Source: Delftia acidovorans NBRC 14950 (GTDB lineage Bacteria; Pseudomonadota; Gammaproteobacteria; Burkholderiales; Burkholderiaceae_C). From it: DNA of 32,000 bases. The stretch spans positions 1 to 32,000 of the forward strand of contig NZ_BCZP01000018.1 of NCBI RefSeq assembly GCF_001598795.1, in the 5' to 3' direction. The number at the start of each line of letters is the position of its first letter. The first letter of the stretch is position 1. Both the position numbers and the translations under genes were made by a program. Shown in pieces: positions 26,561 through 32,000 of the stretch. Below the pieces are notes generated by a model. It had not been told where the DNA came from, did not search any database, and worked only from the letters and a program-made list of their open reading frames with translations.

Positions 26561-27619
26561 ATGCTGTCTGCCCACGACTCGACCGTGTCTTCCTCTGCCC
26601 TGGCATCGCGCGCCCAGCGCGTGCCGCTGCCTTTGCCTTCGGCGCCGCGTGCGCCCGCCCAGGGCGGCAGGCGCGAGGCGGCCCTGGAATGGGCGGACCA
26701 CGCACTGCGCGCGACCCGCGCCGAACTGCAGCACGGGCTGATGCAGCCCCAGGCCCAGGTCTCTCCCAAATACCTCTACGACGCGCGCGGCTGCGACCTG
26801 TTCGAGCAGATCACGCGGCTGCCCGAGTACTACCCCACGCGCACCGAGGCCGCCATCCTGGCCGACTCTGGCGCCGCCATGGCCGAGGCCCTGCGCGGCA
26901 GCGAGGTGCTGATCGAGCTGGGCGCCGGCAATTGCGAGAAGGTGCGCGGCCTGTGCCGCAGCCTGCGGCCACGGCATTTCGTGGGCGTGGACATTGCGGG
27001 CGCATTCCTGCGCCAGTCCGTGCGGCGGCTGGCCGAGGAATTTCCGCAACTGCAGACCCATGCCGTCACGGCCGACATCACCGAGCCGCTGACCCTGCCG
27101 CCCCATATCCCGCAGGCCGGGCGGCTGCTGTTCTATCCGGGCTCGTCCATCGGCAATTTCGACCCGGTACAGGCCCAGCGCATGCTGGGCCAGATGCGTG
27201 CCATGGTCAACGACGACGGCGGCCTGCTGATCGGCATAGACCTGCCCAAGTCCACGCAATGGCTGGAGCCCGCCTATGACGATGCACAGGGCGTGACGGC
27301 GCGCTTCAACCTGAACCTGCTCAGCCACGTCAACAGCCTGCTGGGCAGCGACTTCAACCCGGACGACTGGGAGCATGTGGCCTTCTTCAACGCCGAGCAT
27401 TCGCGCATCGAGATGCACCTGCGCGCGCGCCGCCCGCTGATCGTGGGCTGGCCGCAGGGGCTGCGGCATTTCTCGGCCGGCGAGACCATCCACACCGAAA
27501 ACAGCTACAAGTACCCGCTGCCCGAATTCCTGGGCATGCTGGCCTGCGCGGGCTTCGGGTCCTGCCAGGTCTGGACGGATGAGCGCCAGTGGTTTGCCGT
27601 GATCCATGCCCATGCGTGA
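26561..27619 (+). CDS. egtD: L-histidine N-alpha-methyltransferase (ergothioneine biosynthesis EgtD)
   Basis: Start at the first ATG after the ompW terminator (26561). VSPKYLYDARGCDLFEQITRLPEYYPTRTEAAIL, LIELGAGNCEKV, YPGSSIGNF and AYDDAQGVTARFNLNLL are collinear with mycobacterial EgtD. The true start could be somewhat downstream. Confidence 0.9.
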   Translation: MLSAHDSTVSSSALASRAQRVPLPLPSAPRAPAQGGRREAALEWADHALRATRAELQHGLMQPQAQVSPKYLYDARGCDLFEQITRLPEYYPTRTEAAILADSGAAMAEALRGSEVLIELGAGNCEKVRGLCRSLRPRHFVGVDIAGAFLRQSVRRLAEEFPQLQTHAVTADITEPLTLPPHIPQAGRLLFYPGSSIGNFDPVQAQRMLGQMRAMVNDDGGLLIGIDLPKSTQWLEPAYDDAQGVTARFNLNLLSHVNSLLGSDFNPDDWEHVAFFNAEHSRIEMHLRARRPLIVGWPQGLRHFSAGETIHTENSYKYPLPEFLGMLACAGFGSCQVWTDERQWFAVIHAHA

Positions 27620-28904
27620 AATGCCCGCCGTCTTCCGCTGGGTGCAGCGCTACGAGGCCGTGCGCCAGAGCACCGTGCTGCTGGCCGCGCCCCTGTCGGC
27701 CGAGGATGCCTGCGTGCAGTCCATGCCAGACGCCAGCCCGGCCAAATGGCATCTGGCGCATACCACCTGGTTCTTCGAGACCTTCGTGCTGGCCGAGCAC
27801 GCGCCCGGCGTGCCGCCCTTCGATGCCGACTTCCGCGTGCTGTTCAACTCCTACTACCAGCAGGTGGGCGAACGGCATCCGCGTGCGCAGCGCGGGCTGC
27901 TGACGCGCCCCTCGCTGGCGCGGGTGCTGGCCTACCGCGAAGCCGTGGACCAGCGCATGCTGCAGATGTTCGAGGACTGGGGCACGCAGCCGCCTGCACG
28001 GCTGGCCGCGCTGCTGGAGCTGGGCCTGCAGCATGAGCAGCAGCACCAGGAACTGCTGCTGACCGACATCAAGCACCTGCTGTCCTGCCACCCGCTGTGG
28101 CCTGCGTACCGGGCGCAGGAAGAGGGCGTGCCTGCGCCGCAAGAGCCCGATGGATTGCCCCCGCCGCTGCAGTGGCTGACCGTGCCGCGCGGCATGCATG
28201 CCGTGGGCCATGCGGGCGAGGGCTTTGCCTTCGACAACGAGCGCCCGCGCCACGAGGTGTTCCTGCAGGGCTGCGAGATGGCGCAGCGGCCCGTGAGCAA
28301 TGCCGAGTTCCTGCGCTTCGTCAAGGATGGCGGCTATGCCCAGCCGCAGTGGTGGCTGGCCGAAGGCTGGGACTGGCGCTGCGCGCAGCAGCTGGAGCAC
28401 CCGTGGTACTGGCGGCGCCAGGCCGGTGGCGTGATGGACGGCATGTGGCAGGAATTCAGCCTGCATGGCGCGCTGGCGCTGGACGGGCGCAGGCCCGTCT
28501 GCCACCTCTCTTACTTCGAGGCCGATGCCTATGCGCGCTGGGCCGGCGCGCGCCTGCCCACCGAGGCGGAATGGGAGGCGGCCCTTGCCGCGCAGATGGC
28601 GCAGCGCCCGCAGCACGGCGAGCCGCCCGGCCCCGTGCACCCGTGCGCCATGCAGCCCGGCAGCCATGCGCTGGGCGAGGTCTGGGAGTGGACCCAGTCG
28701 GCCTACACCGCCTACCCGGGCTTTGTGGTGGCCGAGGGCGCGGTGGGCGAATACAACGGCAAGTTCATGGTCAACCAGTACGTGCTGCGTGGCGGCTCCT
28801 GCCTCACGCCGCCCGGCCATGCGCGCGCCAGCTACCGCAATTTCTTCCCCACCCAGGCGCGCTGGCAGATGACCGGCCTTCGGCTGGCAAGGGATCTGGC
28901 CTGA
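27606..28904 (+). CDS. egtB: Ergothioneine biosynthesis protein EgtB (hercynine sulfoxide synthase; DinB_2 + FGE-sulfatase domains)
   Basis: 432 aa, overlapping the egtD end by 14 nt. DinB-type His ligands (KWHLAHTTWFFE; LQHEQQHQEL) and a C-terminal RGGSCLTPPGHARASYRNFFPTQARWQMTGLRLARD. Confidence 0.92.
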   Translation: MPMREMPAVFRWVQRYEAVRQSTVLLAAPLSAEDACVQSMPDASPAKWHLAHTTWFFETFVLAEHAPGVPPFDADFRVLFNSYYQQVGERHPRAQRGLLTRPSLARVLAYREAVDQRMLQMFEDWGTQPPARLAALLELGLQHEQQHQELLLTDIKHLLSCHPLWPAYRAQEEGVPAPQEPDGLPPPLQWLTVPRGMHAVGHAGEGFAFDNERPRHEVFLQGCEMAQRPVSNAEFLRFVKDGGYAQPQWWLAEGWDWRCAQQLEHPWYWRRQAGGVMDGMWQEFSLHGALALDGRRPVCHLSYFEADAYARWAGARLPTEAEWEAALAAQMAQRPQHGEPPGPVHPCAMQPGSHALGEVWEWTQSAYTAYPGFVVAEGAVGEYNGKFMVNQYVLRGGSCLTPPGHARASYRNFFPTQARWQMTGLRLARDLA

Positions 28905-28990
28905 GCCTGCCCGTGCCGCGTTGCCTGGCATTGCATCGCGCGTCGGCGCATGCAGTAGCATCGTCGGCCTCAATGATCCGAGGGAGTTCC

Positions 28991-30043
28991 ATGTTGTTGC
29001 GTTCGCTTGTTCTTGCCATGCCGCTGTCCCTGGTCCTTGCCGGCTGCGCCACTGCGCCGCCCCAGGCACCGGCGCCCAGCCAGCCACAGGACCAGCCCCG
29101 GCCCGAGGTGCCCGCCAAGGCCCCGGCCGATGCGCCGCACGCCGAACCCGAGGTGGCCAACCTCACGCCCCTGCCCAGCCTGCTGCTGATCGGCGAAGAC
29201 GCTGCCGGCCGCTACTACTCCATGGTGGCCAAGGCCACGTTCACCATCGAGGCCGATGGCCGCCTGAGCCTGGCCGACCAGGGAGGCGGCCACGGCGGCG
29301 AGCCCATGGCACCCCAGGCCGACATGCAGGACCAGAGCATGTCCACCGAATGCAAGCCCTATGGCGCCGTCGCCAACCAGCGCACCACCTGGTTCCCGTA
29401 CACGGGCGTGTTCGTGCGGGGCGGCACGCTGGTTGGCGCCAGGGCCGACGGTGCGGACGTGGCCGCCAAGGCGCTCACCGAGCATGAAGGTGCCCAGATG
29501 CTCTACACCGGCAAGGATGCTGATGCCACCGAGTACTACTACGCGCCCTGCGTGGGTGCGCAGCGTGTATCCACGGGCTGGCGGCTGGACCGCTACCTGC
29601 CCGACGGCGGGCAGCTGCGCGTGCGCGCCGATGCGCGCGGCGGCAAGGGCCAGACACTGGAGCTGAAGATTCCCAAGCCCTTTGCGCCCTTCGTGCTGGT
29701 GCGCTACCAGTCGGGCGCCATGATTCCCGTGCCCATGCGCGCCGTGCTGGCCACGGTAGACCTGGCCGAGCGCCGCGTGGTGATGCAGTACCAGGGCACC
29801 TATGCCGTGGAGCCTGCCATCCGCAAGATGGAGCTGCGCCTCATCGTGCCCGGCAGCCGCCCGTCCGAAGGCGAGACCGCCGCGCGCCACGCCGAACGCA
29901 CCCAGGCCCAGTTGCGCGACCTGGCCCGCTGCGCCCCGCCCAAGGGCCATGCCATCGAGCCCTGCGCCAACCCGCAACGCACGCCCGATCCGCTGATCTT
30001 CTACTCCTCGCAGCAAGTGCGGGAGCGCGCCAAGCGGCGCTGA
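28991..30043 (+). CDS. Putative lipoprotein (350 aa), unknown function
   Basis: ATG 28991 preceded by GAGGGAG. Signal peptide with lipobox LVLAGC (Cys19), followed by a Pro/Ala/Gln-rich linker. The long upstream extension in the track overlaps egtB in another frame. Confidence 0.7.
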   Translation: MLLRSLVLAMPLSLVLAGCATAPPQAPAPSQPQDQPRPEVPAKAPADAPHAEPEVANLTPLPSLLLIGEDAAGRYYSMVAKATFTIEADGRLSLADQGGGHGGEPMAPQADMQDQSMSTECKPYGAVANQRTTWFPYTGVFVRGGTLVGARADGADVAAKALTEHEGAQMLYTGKDADATEYYYAPCVGAQRVSTGWRLDRYLPDGGQLRVRADARGGKGQTLELKIPKPFAPFVLVRYQSGAMIPVPMRAVLATVDLAERRVVMQYQGTYAVEPAIRKMELRLIVPGSRPSEGETAARHAERTQAQLRDLARCAPPKGHAIEPCANPQRTPDPLIFYSSQQVRERAKRR

Positions 30044-30107
30044 CAGGCCAGGGGCCTGCCTGCAAGGGCCGGGCCGCCGCGCAGTCCGGCCAGCCCTTGC
30101 GCGGGAA

Positions 30108-31397
30108 TCAGACCTTGGCCAGCGCCTGCTCCAGGTCGGCCAGCAGGTCGCTGATGTGCTCGATGCCCACGGACAGGCGCACCATGCCTTCGGTCACGCC
30201 GGCCTTGGCAAGCTCCTCCGCGTCCAGTTGGCGGTGCGTGGTCGATGCCGGGTGCGTGGCCAGGGACTTGGCGTCGCCGATGTTGACCAGGCGCGTGAAC
30301 AGCTGCAGCGCATCCAGGAAGCGCGCACCGGCGGCGCGCGTGTCGCTGTCGCCGCTGCCGTTCTTGAGGCTGAAGGAGAGGATGCCCGAGGCGCGGCCGC
30401 CCAGCTGCTTCTTCACCAGGGCGTGGTCGGGATGGTCCTGCAGGCCAGCGTAGCGCACCCATTCGATCTTGGGATGCTTTTGCAGCGTCTCGGCGATCTT
30501 CTGGGTGTTCTCGCAGATGCGGTCCATGCGCAGGGCCAGCGTCTCTATGCCCTGCAGGATGAGGAAGGCGTTGTGCGGCGACAGCGCGGCGCCGGTATTG
30601 CGCAGCGGCACCACGCGCACGCGGCCGATGTAGGCGGCCTCGCCCAGGGCCTCGGTGTAGACCACGCCGTGGTAGCTGACATCGGGCTCGTTCAGGCGCT
30701 TGAAGCGTGTCTTGTGCTCGGCCCAGGGGAACTTGCCGCTGTCCACGACGGCGCCGCCCACGCTGTTGCCGTGGCCGCCGAGGTACTTGGTCAGCGAGTG
30801 CACGACGATGTCGGCGCCGTGCTCGATGGGGCGCAGCAGATAGGGGCTGGGCACCGTGTTGTCCACGATCAGCGGCACGCCATGGGCGTGGGCCACGTCG
30901 GCCAGCGCGCGGATGTCGGTGACATTGCCCAGCGGGTTGCCGATGGACTCGATGAAGATGGCCTTGGTCTTTTCATCGATGTGCTGGGCAAAGCTGGCCG
31001 GGTCGCGCGGATCGGCAAAGCGCACCGTGATGCCCTGCTGCGGAAAGGTGTGGGCGAACAGGTTGTAGGTGCCGCCGTAGAGCGTGCTGGCCGAGACGAT
31101 GTTGTCGCCGGCCTCGGCAATCGCCTGGATGGCATAGGTGATGGCGGCCATGCCCGAGGCCACGGCCACGGCGGCAATGCCGCCTTCCAGCGCCGCGACG
31201 CGCTTTTCGAGCACGTCGGTGGTGGGGTTCATGATGCGCGTGTAGATGTTGCCGGCCACCTTGAGGTCGAACAGGTCGGCGCCATGCTGGGCACTGTCGA
31301 AGGCGTAGGCCACGGTCTGGTAGATGGGCACGGCGGCCGACTTGGTGGTGGGGTCGGGCGAGTAGCCGGCGTGGACGGCCAGGGTTTCGATGCGCAT
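30108..31397 (-). CDS. metY: O-acetylhomoserine sulfhydrylase (aminocarboxypropyltransferase), PLP-dependent
   Basis: Start at [28 protein letters not shown] (ATG 31395-31397). PLP-lysine region [11 protein letters not shown], with full-length similarity to MetY/Cys-Met metabolism enzymes. Confidence 0.93.
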   Translation of the reverse strand: MRIETLAVHAGYSPDPTTKSAAVPIYQTVAYAFDSAQHGADLFDLKVAGNIYTRIMNPTTDVLEKRVAALEGGIAAVAVASGMAAITYAIQAIAEAGDNIVSASTLYGGTYNLFAHTFPQQGITVRFADPRDPASFAQHIDEKTKAIFIESIGNPLGNVTDIRALADVAHAHGVPLIVDNTVPSPYLLRPIEHGADIVVHSLTKYLGGHGNSVGGAVVDSGKFPWAEHKTRFKRLNEPDVSYHGVVYTEALGEAAYIGRVRVVPLRNTGAALSPHNAFLILQGIETLALRMDRICENTQKIAETLQKHPKIEWVRYAGLQDHPDHALVKKQLGGRASGILSFSLKNGSGDSDTRAAGARFLDALQLFTRLVNIGDAKSLATHPASTTHRQLDAEELAKAGVTEGMVRLSVGIEHISDLLADLEQALAKV

Positions 31398-31712
31398 GGA
31401 AGATTGCCTTTCTGGTGACGGCTTACGCAAGAAGGGTACGGGCGGGCCATTTGCCATGGGGAGCGGCGCGTTCCCGCATCCTGTTTGCGTAAGTCCTGAG
31501 GTTTTACTAGCGGAGGACGGTTGGCATTGTGGCGTGCCGGCCTCCGGTGCCCAACGATGCGTTGGTTACGAACATATACGCCGCAGCCCGGTTGCTCCTC
31601 TGCCACGGGCAGATATGCCCAGCCTGACATTCCCAGGACCGTGAGTGAATGTGTATTTTTGTTAACGATGTGTTGTAACGTGACCTGATCGCTAGACTCC
31701 ATCAGGGAGTTG

Positions 31713-32000
31713 ATGGTGACGTTGACAGCAAGACATCTTCTGGCGCTGGCGGTGCCCCTGTGCACCTTGCTGCTGGCCGGCTGTTTCTATGTCTGCTGGC
31801 GGCATCTGCGTGCCCGGCGCGAGTTGCGCAGCATGTCCTTCGCCTTCACCGGCTTCAGCCTGGCGCTGCTGCTGCAGATCCTGGAGCGGCCTGCGGCCGT
31901 TCCCGTCAATGCATTGACGACGGCCGCGCTGCAACTGTGCGCGGCCTGGTTCATCACCGAGGCCATGGCCATACGCCAGGGCGTGCGCCCCGATGCACCG
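31713..32000 (+). CDS. Partial integral membrane protein (N-terminal 96 codons, open at the right edge)
   Basis: ATG 31713 preceded by GGGAG. It reads MVTLTARHLLALAVPLCTLLLAGCFYVCWRHL...FAFTGFSLALLLQIL..., with at least three hydrophobic segments and high GC3. The function cannot be determined. Confidence 0.5.
   Translation, partial: MVTLTARHLLALAVPLCTLLLAGCFYVCWRHLRARRELRSMSFAFTGFSLALLLQILERPAAVPVNALTTAALQLCAAWFITEAMAIRQGVRPDAP

Noticed and set aside
28097-28990. Upstream extension of the lipoprotein ORF (648-aa version)
   Set aside because: It overlaps egtB in another frame with Arg/Ala-rich junk. A signal peptide with a lipobox begins at the ATG at 28991, which has a strong SD.
30062-30100. 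Inverted repeat GCAAGGGC...GCCCTTGC between convergent lipoprotein and metY genes as a terminator
   Set aside because: The loop is 23 nt and there is no U-tract on either strand. It may still be a Rho-dependent or structural element, but it is not supportable as an intrinsic terminator.
31398-31712. Assigning the metY leader to the SAM-II (metA) riboswitch class
   Set aside because: I could not find the conserved U-rich/AAAGCU pseudoknot signature from memory. It is left as an unclassified structured leader pending a covariance-model search.

Overview
High-GC (about two-thirds G+C) chromosomal segment. Composition and protein sequences suggest a Burkholderiales/Comamonadaceae-like betaproteobacterium, but this is inference only. 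No rRNA, tRNA, CRISPR array, transposase or integrase was seen. Left to right: partial map (-); purL (+); an SOS-box-controlled radical-SAM/TIGR03915 putative DNA-repair pair (-); a five-gene co-directional cluster of SWIM zinc finger, DUF5691-like HEAT protein, MoxR-type AAA+ ATPase, DUF5682-like large protein and CoxE-type VWA protein (7207-15554, +); a DUF808/YedI membrane protein; three orphan hypothetical genes; a GST; a lower-GC islet with a small XRE regulator facing a Cys/His-rich orphan gene across palindromic operators; a Fur-controlled FecI/FecR/TonB-dependent-transducer module (-); ompW; egtD-egtB (ergothioneine); a lipoprotein; metY (-) with a long structured leader; and a partial membrane protein. 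The main candidate for a poorly described system is the SWIM/DUF5691/AAA+/DUF5682/VWA operon, which has no assigned function. Secondary curiosities are a decayed tandem duplication and about 46-bp direct repeats bracketing the fec-type module, in-frame microsatellites inside the operon, and the LexA box abutting a start codon. Many very long antisense ORFs in the track are GC-driven artefacts. CDS coordinates come from codon arithmetic on the ORF track. Hand-indexed non-coding sites may be off by 1-2 nt.
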